In this document: piece after piece, positions 17,359-27,776 of the stretch
Numbering within the stretch: position 1 is the stretch's first letter
Layout of the letters: each line of letters begins with the position of its first letter
Assembly: GCA_947589385.1 (NCBI GenBank)
Contig: CANPZW010000003.1
Location: 50,878 to 114,877, forward strand
Direction of reading: 5' to 3'
DNA length: 64,000 bases
DNA from: an uncultured Clostridia bacterium
GTDB taxonomy: Bacteria; Bacillota; Clostridia; Christensenellales; Borkfalkiaceae
Program-made: the position numbers and the translations under genes
The notes under the pieces: model-generated
What the model was told of the DNA's origin: nothing
The model's database searches: none
The model's input: the letters and a program-made list of their open reading frames with translations, nothing else

Positions 17359-17946
17359 ATGAAAAGAATTGATAACGACGATAAAGTGTATCGATTTATC
17401 ACCGATTTTATAAATGCGCACGGCTACGCCCCCACCGTCCGCGAAATTTGTAAGGGTTGCGGAATAAAGTCCACAGCCACTCCCTATCAGATTATGAACA
17501 GGCTTGCCGAACGCGGTCTGATTAAAAAAACGGGCAACAGAAACCGCGCAGTTTCAATAGCTAACCAAGGACCAACCGTAAACGTTCCTCTTATAGGCAC
17601 GGTGGCTGCGGGCGAACCTATTTTCGCAAGCGAGAACTTTGAAGAGTTTTACTCTATCCCTGGAAACTTTTTCGAAGGCGAAGATTTATTTATGCTGAAC
17701 GTAAAAGGTACGTCGATGATAAATATCGGCATGCTGGACGGCGATAAAGTAATAGTAAAACGACAGGAAACCGCAAATAACGGCGATATTGTGGTTGCGC
17801 TTGTAGATGATTCCGCCACAGTCAAAAGGTTTTTTAAGCGGGGCGGAAAAATCGTTCTTCATCCTGAAAACGACGATATGGATGATTTTATATTCGATAA
17901 TGTACAAATTCTCGGTAAAGTCGTCGGCTTAATGAGAAACATTTAA
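17359..17946 (+). CDS. lexA: LexA repressor
   Basis: Winged-helix N-terminus (YAPTVREI), VPLIGTVAAGEPI cleavage region, and S24 motifs GTSM and GDIVVA..TVKR. ATG 17359 follows GAGGA; the track start 17347 is an upstream TTG. Confidence 0.93.
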   Translation: MKRIDNDDKVYRFITDFINAHGYAPTVREICKGCGIKSTATPYQIMNRLAERGLIKKTGNRNRAVSIANQGPTVNVPLIGTVAAGEPIFASENFEEFYSIPGNFFEGEDLFMLNVKGTSMINIGMLDGDKVIVKRQETANNGDIVVALVDDSATVKRFFKRGGKIVLHPENDDMDDFIFDNVQILGKVVGLMRNI

Positions 17947-18010
17947 GTTGTTTCTGTGCCGAAAACTACCGCTTTGGTTTACTTATACTACGGAAGGTTA
18001 GTTTTCAAAA

Positions 18011-18035
18011 GCCCATTGTAACAATGGGCTTTTTT
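18011..18035 (+). terminator. Intrinsic terminator of lexA
   Basis: GCCCATTG-taa-CAATGGGC followed by TTTTTT. Confidence 0.85.
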
Positions 18036-18071
18036 ATCAATTATTCAAAACTTAGGCGCCTTTCAATTCGG

Positions 18072-18117
18072 TATAAAGAAAAGATGTCGGCAATCCCTGT
18101 CAATGAGATTGCCGACA
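18072..18117 (-). terminator. Intrinsic terminator of tRNA-Thr
   Basis: TGTCGGCAATC-n11-GATTGCCGACA followed by TCTTTTCTTT on the minus strand. Confidence 0.75.
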
Positions 18118-18126
18118 ATCTTTGGT

Positions 18127-18202
<76 letters not shown>

Positions 18203-18221
18203 ATGCTCCAAATGCTCATAC

Positions 18222-18250
18222 ATTATATTTTAAAATAAGTGTATTGTCAA
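18222..18250 (-). promoter_or_regulatory. Perfect consensus promoter (TTGACA-N17-TATAAT) of tRNA-Thr
   Basis: Read on the minus strand, ~20 nt upstream of the tRNA 5' end. Confidence 0.75.
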
Positions 18251-18297
18251 TCCATTTTAGCGCACATAAAAAAATTTTAATATTTTTTGTAAAAAAT

Positions 18298-19221
18298 CTA
18301 TATTTCCTCCACATTTAGCGTAGATAAAATTTCCTCGTACTTGTCTTTGACAAAAGTCATACTGTCGGGAGTAGTTACCGAAGCCGTGCCCGCCGCCACG
18401 CCTTTACGCAAAATTTCCGAATCCGATTCGCCGGAAGTAAGCGCAAGGGCGGCCGCAGCCACCATAGCGTCGCCCGCTCCCACTGTGGAATTCATTGCTA
18501 CGTTCACGCTTCTGCAATAATAATTTTTTTCGCCGTCGGTAATAATTGCTCCGCTTTTCCCAAGCGATAAAAGTACCCTTTTCGCGCCGCGGCCGATAAG
18601 TTGTTTACAGCCCCAAAGCTGCTCGTCGCGCGTATCAAGCGATTTACCTAACGTTCTTTCAAGTTCTTCGAGGTTCGGCTTAATCAAATCCACGCCGCAT
18701 TTTAGCGCCTCGAAAAGCCTTTCCCCCTCCGTATCCACAATCTTTTTAATGTTTTGCGGAACAACATTCAGAATTTTTGCATAATAATCGGGCGACATCC
18801 CCCTTGCCAGCCCGCCGGATATAACTATGGCTTCGCATGAGGGAGAAATTTGTCCCACAAGATTTATAAGCGCTTCCTGTTTTGACTGCGGAACTTCGGG
18901 GCTTATGTCGTCGATTTCGGTCAGCATACTACGGCGATCGACAAACTTGTAATTTTCACGTACTCTGCCCTCGTTCCAGACGAATTTATATATTACGCTC
19001 TCTTTATGTAATTCCTTTTCGAATTGATGCCCGTTTTCTTCATACATAAACCCCGTTGCAAAGGAATCGGCTTTAAGCCTTGCAAGCCCAATAGCGACGT
19101 TGATTGCCTTTCCCGTAAAAAATACTCTTTTGCTTATTATCTTGTGCGTCATTCCCACATTGAGCGAATCGACTTCCATATTGACGTCGATGCATGGACT
19201 TAAACAAACGGTAAGTATCAT
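18298..19221 (-). CDS. PfkB-family sugar-phosphate kinase (1-phosphofructokinase / tagatose-6-phosphate kinase type)
   Basis: N-terminus is MILTVCLSPCIDV, with the C-terminal GAGDAMVAA anion-hole motif. Confidence 0.8.
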   Translation of the reverse strand: MILTVCLSPCIDVNMEVDSLNVGMTHKIISKRVFFTGKAINVAIGLARLKADSFATGFMYEENGHQFEKELHKESVIYKFVWNEGRVRENYKFVDRRSMLTEIDDISPEVPQSKQEALINLVGQISPSCEAIVISGGLARGMSPDYYAKILNVVPQNIKKIVDTEGERLFEALKCGVDLIKPNLEELERTLGKSLDTRDEQLWGCKQLIGRGAKRVLLSLGKSGAIITDGEKNYYCRSVNVAMNSTVGAGDAMVAAAALALTSGESDSEILRKGVAAGTASVTTPDSMTFVKDKYEEILSTLNVEEI

Positions 19222-19279
19222 TTATACGTTTCCTTGTAATATGAATTTTTAAAGAAAAAGCAACAAAATCGGGTTAAAG

Positions 19280-20242
19280 TTACATAGAAATCATTTGGAG
19301 CGTTTCGTAAAGTTCGTAGTTAAAGACTTTTTTCATGCTTACGGCTTCGATAATATCCATATCTATAATTTCGTTCTTGTGAATACCGACTACCCTGTTG
19401 CCTATTCCATCATTCAAAAGTCTTACCGCTTTATTTCCGAACTGGGCGGCAAGCATTCTGTCTGCCATTGTAGGCGAGCCGCCGCGCTGGATATGCCCTA
19501 TCGTCGTGGGGCGGACAGTATAAGTCGTAAGCGATTGAAGTTTTTTGCCAAAATCTTCCGCCGTGCAAACTCCTTCGGCGACGACGATTATGTTGGAATG
19601 TTTGCCGTTGGCGCGGGAACGGTTGATTTTCATTATGATTTCGTCGATATCGTAGGAAACCTCGGGCACGACGATAATTTCCGCGCCGCTCGCTATCCCC
19701 GCGTACAGCGCGATATCTCCGCAGCGCCTGCCCATGACTTCTACAACCGAAATTCTTTCGTGTGAAGTCATTGTATCGCGCAGTTTGTTGATTACGTCGA
19801 TACAGGTATTGACCGCCGTATCGAACCCCAAAGTATAGTCGGTATATTGAAGGTCGTTATCTATCGTGCCGGGGATGCCTATCGTGGGCACGCCATACTC
19901 TTCGGAAAGACACTTGGCGCCCCTGAACGAACCGTCGCCGCCTATGACGACCAGCCCTTCGATACCCCTTTTTTCAAGCGTTCCGACGGCTTTTTTCTGC
20001 CCCTCTTTCGTAAGCATTTCAAGGCACCTTGCGGTACGGAGCTTTGTGCCGCCTCTTTGAACTATATCCGAGACCGAGCGCATCTCCATTTTGACCATTT
20101 CGTCCTCTATGAGTCCCTGATAGCCGCGCTCAATCCCATATACTTCCATTCCGAAATAAATGGCGGAACGGACCACCGCCCTAATGCACGCATTCATTCC
20201 GGGAGCGTCGCCGCCGCTTGTAAGTAAGCCTATTCTCTTCAT
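19280..20242 (-). CDS. pfkA: ATP-dependent 6-phosphofructokinase
   Basis: MKRIGLLTSGGDAPGMNA, GGDGS and PGTIDND motifs. Confidence 0.95.
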   Translation of the reverse strand: MKRIGLLTSGGDAPGMNACIRAVVRSAIYFGMEVYGIERGYQGLIEDEMVKMEMRSVSDIVQRGGTKLRTARCLEMLTKEGQKKAVGTLEKRGIEGLVVIGGDGSFRGAKCLSEEYGVPTIGIPGTIDNDLQYTDYTLGFDTAVNTCIDVINKLRDTMTSHERISVVEVMGRRCGDIALYAGIASGAEIIVVPEVSYDIDEIIMKINRSRANGKHSNIIVVAEGVCTAEDFGKKLQSLTTYTVRPTTIGHIQRGGSPTMADRMLAAQFGNKAVRLLNDGIGNRVVGIHKNEIIDMDIIEAVSMKKVFNYELYETLQMISM

Positions 20243-20352
20243 AACACCTCCGAACGCCGATATTTAAAACGCCCCAACAGCGAATCTAAATCCAACGCCC
20301 CCATCTAATAGTATAACAAAATTATATATAAATTACAACACTTTTTAAAAAT

Positions 20353-23300
20353 TTATTTATTTTCCACATACTTAACGTCGCGCTGTTCGAGTATGGAATA
20401 AAGTTCGGCTAAAAGCCCCCTGCAATAATTTATGCCGACGGGATATTTATATCGCTTGTCGCCACGGACGATTTTGCATATAAGGTCGCCGGGGTAATTG
20501 CCCAAAATCGCAATAAGCTCGTCGAAAATTTCATCGGTCAGCGCACCCGCGTTAATCCAAAGCGCCGCTTCGGCAGGTTTTTTCGCCTCTTTTTGCTCAT
20601 TATTGCCCTCGTTTGTATCCACTTCTGATATTTCATCGACTATACATGAAACGCCCTTTTCGTCGTCTATATCAAGCTTGCCCTTTATAATAACTATTTT
20701 ATCGTTCACGACGGAAGCTTTTACCTTTTCATACACCGCAGGGAAACAAACACATTCCAAGCTTCCCTTGCCGTCTTCAAGATTGAAAAACGCCATACTT
20801 GCGCCTGTGCGCTTCGTTGTAGTACGCCTAAAACCCGATATTATGCCTGACATAGTAATATGCATACCGTCATTTATTGAGCTATAAGTGCGTATTCCGT
20901 CCTCGTCCTCGACGTAATCATTTAAAAATGAGCAGTCGAAATTACACTCGGGAAACGCATGCATATATTTTTCGAACGGGTGACCGCTTACGTAAACGCC
21001 TAAAACTTCCTTTTCAAGCGAAAGTTTTTCATGGTCGGCAAATTCGGGTATGTCAGGATAACTTACGTCCAGCTTTTCTTCTTCTATGACGTCGCCGAAA
21101 AAGCTCATCTGCGCGCTTGCGCGTTGTTTGCCAATTATTTTTGCTCGGGCGCACAGCGGCTCGTAAACTTTTGCAAGCTGTGAGCGTTTAACGCCCATTT
21201 CGTCGAACGCGCCCGAATAAATCAAGCCCTCCACAAGCCTTGAATTAAGCGTTCCCGCGCCCGCTCCGCTTTCCTGCACTTCGTTTAGTGCGTTCGTGCA
21301 GCGCAAAATGAAGTCGGGGAAATCCTTAAAGAGCCCGTGCGCGTTGCGCTCGGCGATTACGACGTCTATTACGCCCTGCCCTACGCCTTTAAGCGCGGAA
21401 AGCCCGAAACGCACGCCGTTCGCCTCGACCGTGAACGCCGATTTGCTTTTATTTATGTCCGGCGGATATACCTCGTAATGCTTATCTTTCAGATATAAAA
21501 CATATTTGGTAATTTCGTCTATTTTGTTCAGACGGTTATTTAAAAGCGCGCAGATAAATTCCTTGCAATAATATTTTTTCAGCCAGGCGGTTTGATATGC
21601 GAGCGTTCCGTAAGCCGCGGCGTGCGATTTATTGAACGCGTACGAGGCAAAACCCTCCATATCGGTAAAAATTTTATTCGCCACCTCTTCGGAAATGCCG
21701 TTGTTTATGCACCCGATTATCTTCGAACCGTTGATATCGCTTATTCCGCCGTTGACGAACTTTACTTTCTGCTCCATCAGCTTCTTTTTGTCTTTTTTGC
21801 TCATGGCGCGGCGGACAAGGTCGGCTTCCCCGAGCGAAAATCCGGCAAGGTCCTGGAATATCTGCATTACCTGCTCCTGATAAACGGTAACGCCGTAGGT
21901 TACTTTTAGAATTTTTTCTTCCTGCGGGCAGTGATAACTTATAGGTTCTTCGCCATGCTTTCTGCGGCAGAAAGAATCTATGAACCGCATCGGGCCCGGT
22001 CGGTACAGCGAAACGCCCGCAATCAGGTCTTCAAGACAGTCGGGCTTCAAATTTTTCATGAACCGCTTCATGCCGCCGGCTTCGAGCTGGAACACTCCGT
22101 CCGTATCTCCTTCGGAAATCAGCGAATAAGCGCCTTCGTCCTTATACCCAATTTCAGTGAAGTCGATGTCCCTGCCGTGCCCTTCCTTTATATAATCCTT
22201 GCACTTTTTGATATCGGTGAGAGTGACCAGCGCGAGAAAGTCCATTTTCAACATTCCCAGCGCTTCTATTTCTTTTGCGACGAACTGCGTGGTGATATCC
22301 TCGCCGTTTCTCGACAGCGGAACATTGTCTGCAATGCGCTTTTGGCATATAACGACGCCCGCCGCGTGCATACCCGTCTGTCGCGGCATGCCTTCGATTT
22401 TCAGCGCCATGTCGATAACCCGCTTCAACGTTTCGTCGGTTTCGTATATTTCGCAAAATTCCTTATTCCTCGCAGCTTTAAGGTCTGCGAGTTTCTGTTC
22501 GAGGTCGGTTTTTTTATCCTCGTCCGTTTCGGCGTTCAATTTTTCCTGCGCCGCGTCTATTCTCCTGCCCAAAAGGTCGCCTATGGAGGTCTTGCCGTCC
22601 ATTATTTTCGTCAGCCTGTCCGTCTCCGAATAGGGCACGCGCATAACCCTGCCCACATCCTTTATGGAGTTCTTCGCCGCCATTGTGCCGAAAGTGACTA
22701 TCTGGCACACGTTTTCACGCCCGTATTTCTGTCTTACATACTCTATTGTTTCCTCGCGCCTGTCGGTACAGAAGTCGATATCGAAGTCGGGCATGGAAAC
22801 GCGGTCGGGATTAAGAAATCTTTCGAAAAGCAAATCGTACTGCAAAGGCTCTACGTCAGTTATGCCTATCGCATAAGCCACGATTGAACCTACGCCCGAG
22901 CCTCTGCCCGGTCCTACGGGTATGCCGTGCTCTTTTGACCAATTTATAAAATCCCATACGACAAGATAGTAATCCGCATAGCCCATGGAACAGATTATGT
23001 GAAGTTCATATTCCGCCCTGTCAAGCTCACGTTTGGTAGGCGTACCGTAGCGCCTTTTCAAGCCTTCTGCGGCAAGATTTCTCAGGTATCGCTCCGCGGT
23101 AGAGCCGTCGGGCGTCGTATAAAGGGGAATCAGCGACGTATCGCGCACGGGATTTCCCTTTTTGTCGAGGTTGAAAGCCGGCTCCGTAACTTTGTCCGCT
23201 ATAACGCGGGTATTCGAAATAGCCTGTGGCAGGTTGGGAAACAGCTCCGCCATCTGGTCGCCCGTCTTGAAGTAAAATTCTTGCGTTTCGAATTTCATCC

Positions 23301-23988
23301 TCTTCGGGTCGTCGAGCTGTTTTTTCATCTGAATACACATCAGAACGTCCTGCATTTCGGCGTCGGCTTTTTCGATATAATGAACGTCGTTCGTCGCGAC
23401 GAGCTCGGTCTGCGTTTCGGCGGCGAGCTTTACGAGCATTGGAAGGATTCTTTTTTCTTCCTCTATGCCGTGGTTTTGTATTTCGATATAAAAATCCTCG
23501 CCGAAAACGCTTTTAAGGTAAAGCGCAAGCTCCTTCGCGCCGTCGTAATCATATTCGAGCAAGCGCCTCGGAATACCCCCTGCAAGACAGGCGGAAAGGC
23601 AAATCAAGCCCTCGGAGTGTTCTTTCAGAACTTTATAATCGATTTTCGGCTTGTAATAAAATCCTTCCACAAAAGCCATGGAATCGAGCTGAACGAGGTT
23701 TTTATATCCGATTTTATTCTTTGCAAGTAATATTAGGTGTTCGGCAGTGTTGGAAGTTTTATCGTGCATATCCTTTGTCATGTAAAACTCACAGCCGATT
23801 ATGTATTTGATGCCCGCAACCGACGCTTTTTCCGCAAGTTGCAGCGTACCGTACATATTGCCGTGGTCGGTGATACATACGGTGTCGATACCGTTTTTCT
23901 TGCAATAATCTATTAAATTGTCAATTTTGCATGCTCCGTCCAAAAGCGAGTATTCAGTGTGCAGATGCAGATGTACGAAATCCGTCAT
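20353..23988 (-). CDS. dnaE: DNA polymerase III alpha subunit (DnaE type)
   Basis: PHP N-terminus (HLHLHTEYSLLDG), polymerase core (DFDIDF), OB fold. Length is 1211 aa. Confidence 0.95.
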   Translation of the reverse strand: MTDFVHLHLHTEYSLLDGACKIDNLIDYCKKNGIDTVCITDHGNMYGTLQLAEKASVAGIKYIIGCEFYMTKDMHDKTSNTAEHLILLAKNKIGYKNLVQLDSMAFVEGFYYKPKIDYKVLKEHSEGLICLSACLAGGIPRRLLEYDYDGAKELALYLKSVFGEDFYIEIQNHGIEEEKRILPMLVKLAAETQTELVATNDVHYIEKADAEMQDVLMCIQMKKQLDDPKRMKFETQEFYFKTGDQMAELFPNLPQAISNTRVIADKVTEPAFNLDKKGNPVRDTSLIPLYTTPDGSTAERYLRNLAAEGLKRRYGTPTKRELDRAEYELHIICSMGYADYYLVVWDFINWSKEHGIPVGPGRGSGVGSIVAYAIGITDVEPLQYDLLFERFLNPDRVSMPDFDIDFCTDRREETIEYVRQKYGRENVCQIVTFGTMAAKNSIKDVGRVMRVPYSETDRLTKIMDGKTSIGDLLGRRIDAAQEKLNAETDEDKKTDLEQKLADLKAARNKEFCEIYETDETLKRVIDMALKIEGMPRQTGMHAAGVVICQKRIADNVPLSRNGEDITTQFVAKEIEALGMLKMDFLALVTLTDIKKCKDYIKEGHGRDIDFTEIGYKDEGAYSLISEGDTDGVFQLEAGGMKRFMKNLKPDCLEDLIAGVSLYRPGPMRFIDSFCRRKHGEEPISYHCPQEEKILKVTYGVTVYQEQVMQIFQDLAGFSLGEADLVRRAMSKKDKKKLMEQKVKFVNGGISDINGSKIIGCINNGISEEVANKIFTDMEGFASYAFNKSHAAAYGTLAYQTAWLKKYYCKEFICALLNNRLNKIDEITKYVLYLKDKHYEVYPPDINKSKSAFTVEANGVRFGLSALKGVGQGVIDVVIAERNAHGLFKDFPDFILRCTNALNEVQESGAGAGTLNSRLVEGLIYSGAFDEMGVKRSQLAKVYEPLCARAKIIGKQRASAQMSFFGDVIEEEKLDVSYPDIPEFADHEKLSLEKEVLGVYVSGHPFEKYMHAFPECNFDCSFLNDYVEDEDGIRTYSSINDGMHITMSGIISGFRRTTTKRTGASMAFFNLEDGKGSLECVCFPAVYEKVKASVVNDKIVIIKGKLDIDDEKGVSCIVDEISEVDTNEGNNEQKEAKKPAEAALWINAGALTDEIFDELIAILGNYPGDLICKIVRGDKRYKYPVGINYCRGLLAELYSILEQRDVKYVENK

Positions 23989-23997
23989 ATTTCTTCC

Positions 23998-24948
23998 TCA
24001 ATCCTGACTGAGCGATTGCGCTATGTCAAGAATTTTTCTCATTCTGTGGTTTAAGCAGCTTTTTGAAATTTTCAGCCTGTCCGAAAGCTCTTGCATAGAG
24101 GCGTTAGTGTCCGCAAGACGGCACATTGCAACGTCGAAAACGGGGCGGTCAAGGCTTTTAAGCCCTATCGTGTCGGCAATGATTTCAATCGCACGAACCT
24201 GTTTTACCGAGGCGGTAACCGTCTTGTCTATGTTTGACACCGAACAGTTGGTCACTCTGTTGGCGTTGTTCAGCCTGTCCTTTGTTTCGACAATTTTACC
24301 GAGCTTATCAAGACATTTATAGCAAGACATTATATTCAACAGGTCGGAAATCACCTCTTTGCTTTTGACGTAAACTACGGCGGAATCCTTACGGGAAACA
24401 AGTTTTGCAAGCACCTCGAATTCGGCAAGAATGTCGCAGAAATCCGCGGCGGCAATTTTACTTGAAAATACTATTTCGAAATGGTAACCCGTTCTGCTGT
24501 AACTGCCCTCGTCGGGAAGTGTACAGCTGCCTCCGCCCAAAAAAGCACCTTTAAGATAGTTAATCATCGAACTTTCGTCCGCGACAGACTTTTCGGAAAT
24601 TCCGAAATCGACGTATTTCCCGTCGTCATCTACGCCGATTATGCCGAGTTCGGTCAGAAGTTTTTCGGAAGCTTCGCTTACACATTCGAAAGCGAGCTTG
24701 TCCCTTCCGCTCAAAACGTCGAACTTAGCGCCGGACACCGTGACCTGTAAGCCGAAAACGCTTTCGAGAATATCGGTAAAAAATTCTGCGGTACGTTCGT
24801 TTTCGGTAACGATTTCAAATCCGTAAATCCCGCCCCGTGACAAAACGCTGCCGCTTGTGCGGATAAAAGCCGAAAGCATGCAAAGCGCCGCCGACCTTTC
24901 GGGGGCAGCGGAAATTATTTCGTTTTTGATTTCTTCGGTGAAGTTCAT
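23998..24948 (-). CDS. whiA: DNA-binding protein WhiA
   Basis: Degenerate LAGLIDADG-like domain (LKGAFLGGGS) plus a C-terminal HTH. Length is 316 aa. Confidence 0.9.
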   Translation of the reverse strand: MNFTEEIKNEIISAAPERSAALCMLSAFIRTSGSVLSRGGIYGFEIVTENERTAEFFTDILESVFGLQVTVSGAKFDVLSGRDKLAFECVSEASEKLLTELGIIGVDDDGKYVDFGISEKSVADESSMINYLKGAFLGGGSCTLPDEGSYSRTGYHFEIVFSSKIAAADFCDILAEFEVLAKLVSRKDSAVVYVKSKEVISDLLNIMSCYKCLDKLGKIVETKDRLNNANRVTNCSVSNIDKTVTASVKQVRAIEIIADTIGLKSLDRPVFDVAMCRLADTNASMQELSDRLKISKSCLNHRMRKILDIAQSLSQD

Positions 24949-24952
24949 AATA

Positions 24953-25729
24953 TTACAAATTTTTGGATTTATATTCGGAAAATCTGAATTTCGGAAGCCG
25001 CCCGTCTATGTTGTCTATCGACTCCAAAGGGATTTCGGCGTTCTTTAAAAGTTCTTCGGCAATTTTTGTATCCCCCACTCTGTCGGAAGAATGTGCGTCG
25101 GAATCGATAACGAATCTTACGCCCGTAGATGCCATTAAATTAAGTTCTTCTGCGGAAATATGCCGCTTTTTCGTATTGATTTCGATATAAGTACCGTAAT
25201 CCGCGCAGCATTTCGCCACTTCTTCAAGGTTGCAGTAACATTTATAATTTATATGCGTAAGTATGTCGATAGGATTGTTTTTGATTGCGTTAATATAGGC
25301 TTTTGTGGTATTTTCAATAACTTTTTTGGATGGTTTTTTGCCGAATTTATAAGCCGTATAATTTCTCATCATAAGGTTGTACATATCGGACAGTTTTCTG
25401 AATTTCAAGACCTCGTGAATTCCGCATAAAAATATGTCGAAGTATTGCAAATCATCCCTGCCCATATCCGTATCGCCGTCAAGGGAAATAAGATTGCTTT
25501 CCATTCCCATAAGAACTTTAACGCCCGTAAGTTTTTCCGCTTCTTCACATTCCCTGCGCAGGTCGGAAAGTTTTTTCCGCTTCAATCCGAAAAGCAAATG
25601 GTTAAAGCCGTGGTCGGTTATTGCAATTTCCTTTAAATAAAGTTTTTTAGCGGCTCGCGCGTTTTCCAAAACAGTATTTTTACCGTGCGAATACGGCGTA
25701 TGAGTATGGTAATCAGCCGAAAGTATCAT
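24953..25729 (-). CDS. PHP-domain metal-dependent phosphoesterase (HisJ-like)
   Basis: N-terminal DYHTHTPYSHG, then ITDHG and DSDAH motifs. Confidence 0.75.
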   Translation of the reverse strand: MILSADYHTHTPYSHGKNTVLENARAAKKLYLKEIAITDHGFNHLLFGLKRKKLSDLRRECEEAEKLTGVKVLMGMESNLISLDGDTDMGRDDLQYFDIFLCGIHEVLKFRKLSDMYNLMMRNYTAYKFGKKPSKKVIENTTKAYINAIKNNPIDILTHINYKCYCNLEEVAKCCADYGTYIEINTKKRHISAEELNLMASTGVRFVIDSDAHSSDRVGDTKIAEELLKNAEIPLESIDNIDGRLPKFRFSEYKSKNL

Positions 25730-26615
25730 TGAAATCTCCTATGTACACAACCTCTTCGTCAAGCAAAATCCCCTTCTTTATTCTTACGTTTTCCTTGACA
25801 AGCTTAATAAGATTATAGACGTCAAGCGCGGAATTACCACAATTTATTATAAAGTTTGCATGAATTTCGCTTACGCTCGCCCCGCCTAAGTTCACGCCTT
25901 TAAGCCCGCACTCCTCAATCAGCTTGCCCGCAGAAATTCCTTCGGGATTTTTAAATACGCAACCGCAGCTTTTTCCCTTGGGCTGACCGGCTCTTTTATT
26001 CAGATAAAAAGCAATTTTCTCTTCGACGTCTTCGCGCGACGTTCTTTCAACTTTTAGCATAACGCTTAAAATTACGCTATTTATGTCACGCATAGTACTA
26101 TGCTTATAGCCAAAACCGCATAAATTTTTGCTAAAATTGCGCAGTTTTCCGTCGTACAGAGCGACAGATTCAATAATATCGGACATAAATTTTCCGCCCG
26201 CGCCGCCGTTCATACAGGTTAAGCCGCCTATGCTTGCCGGTATTCCAGCAAGAAATTCAAGACCCGTCAGTCCCGCGGATTTACAATAATTAAGAAGTTC
26301 TCCTACCGTCGTGCCGCTTAAACAAGAAATAAACTTGCCGTCCGTCTTGAAAATACCTTTAAGCCAGTTGGTCGAAATTATATATCCGTCGTAAAATTTA
26401 TCTGACGCGAGAATATTCGAGCCGTTTCCGAGCACAAAAAATTTTTTCCCGCTGCATTTAAGCGCGTCGAAAGTTCTTATTGCTTCCTCTTCCGTTTTGG
26501 GAAAGAACGCCGCAATGCATTTACCGCCCAGACCGTACGTCGTATTTTTGGATAAGTCGAACCCGTCGGTCCGCTCGATATCTCCGAGTTTTGAAAACAG
26601 TTCCTTTCGGTCCAA
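25713..26615 (-). CDS. murB: UDP-N-acetylenolpyruvoylglucosamine reductase
   Basis: NTTYGLGG FAD-binding N-terminus, GGAGG, and a C-terminal MurB domain (SAGKLIE, VSEIHANFIIN). Confidence 0.92.
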   Translation of the reverse strand: MDRKELFSKLGDIERTDGFDLSKNTTYGLGGKCIAAFFPKTEEEAIRTFDALKCSGKKFFVLGNGSNILASDKFYDGYIISTNWLKGIFKTDGKFISCLSGTTVGELLNYCKSAGLTGLEFLAGIPASIGGLTCMNGGAGGKFMSDIIESVALYDGKLRNFSKNLCGFGYKHSTMRDINSVILSVMLKVERTSREDVEEKIAFYLNKRAGQPKGKSCGCVFKNPEGISAGKLIEECGLKGVNLGGASVSEIHANFIINCGNSALDVYNLIKLVKENVRIKKGILLDEEVVYIGDFNDTFG

Positions 26616-26658
26616 TCTGTTACCTTTCTATATTACCATTTTTTTATTGCTTTTACAA

Positions 26659-27582
26659 TTATTTAAGTAAACTTTTCAGTTTTTTTATGTCCGAATTTGC
26701 GATTGCCTGTAAAATTTCCGTTTTTGCGCTTCGGCTTACGGGAGAAGATATTTTGCAATCGTATTCAAGGTTTTCAAGCTCCCCCAATTCTCCGTCGTAA
26801 AGTTTTGTTGTGCCCATCAAGCCAATTTTTTTAAGTTCCGCGCTTTCAGAAAGCAGATATTTAATAAAATTCTCCGCATAGTGCTGTTTTTCGGCGATTT
26901 TAGATGTTACCGAAATATTCTGATACAAATCGTTAAATTCGTTTACAGGCTTTATTTTAAAACTTACGCCACGGGTATTCAGTCTGAAAACGTCTCTTTG
27001 CGTGCCGAGAAGATATTTGTATTTACCTGCGATAAGACTGACATACGCCCCCGTAGGTTTTTCAACGGCTGCGCCCGAAACCCCGCATAATAACCCCGCC
27101 GCGGACGATAAATTATCAATTCCTCCGTTAATTACCGTGTTTTCCGCGTGTATATCGGTAAAATCCGCACTTTCGTCAACCGTCAAAAAACAATATCCGC
27201 CGTGCGCCCAAATAAAATACGGCGTCTTTCCGACTATCAAACTTTCAAGCCCGCTCATCCCCGCGCCGTATGAAATCAAATCGGGAACGTTGCCCGCCCC
27301 GATATTTTCAAGCGCCGCGGACGAGGACAGGGAAGTTACGTTGATATAACAACCGTTTTCTTTTGAAAAACTGTTGCCTATGTTTTGCAGATAACCTGCT
27401 CTCGACCCCTTGCCACCCTCGAATCCGTCTATCTGCCATACGGAAAGCACGATGAGCTTCTTCGAGTTTCCGACGTCTTTTGAATTTTTAAATATTATCA
27501 TAAGCGGCGCGCTTATCAGAATTGCCGCGCACAGCACAAAAAATATTGCTCTTACAATAATTTGGTTCTTTTTTCGGGGCAT
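26659..27582 (-). CDS. Membrane-anchored extracytoplasmic protein of unknown function (possibly solute-binding-protein-like fold)
   Basis: N-terminal basic stretch plus one TM helix (IIVRAIFFVLCAAILISAPLMIIF). No recognisable motif and no SD. Confidence 0.55.
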   Translation of the reverse strand: MPRKKNQIIVRAIFFVLCAAILISAPLMIIFKNSKDVGNSKKLIVLSVWQIDGFEGGKGSRAGYLQNIGNSFSKENGCYINVTSLSSSAALENIGAGNVPDLISYGAGMSGLESLIVGKTPYFIWAHGGYCFLTVDESADFTDIHAENTVINGGIDNLSSAAGLLCGVSGAAVEKPTGAYVSLIAGKYKYLLGTQRDVFRLNTRGVSFKIKPVNEFNDLYQNISVTSKIAEKQHYAENFIKYLLSESAELKKIGLMGTTKLYDGELGELENLEYDCKISSPVSRSAKTEILQAIANSDIKKLKSLLK

Positions 27583-27776
27583 ATACTATTTTATTAAGAA
27601 TTTCGCCCGAAAATACCCCGAATTGCCCTGAAAATACATAGGGAGTATTCAATAAAATTGAATACTCCCCCGCTCATCCGCCAAAACGTAACAACGCTTT
27701 AACAAATAAGCTATATATTAAAGCGTTGCCGCTTGTAAAAATATCTTGCGCAACAATTATGTTTATATGCGCTATT

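Noticed and set aside
21931-22887. Long antisense ORFs opposite dnaE (318 aa), thrS (32006-33127, 373 aa), pta (57129-58034, 301 aa), ackA (56206-56955), tex and mutS2
   Set aside because: They are shadow ORFs on the strand opposite highly confident conserved genes. Their translations are low-complexity (R/F/V-rich). They have no SD or promoter and no recognisable motifs.
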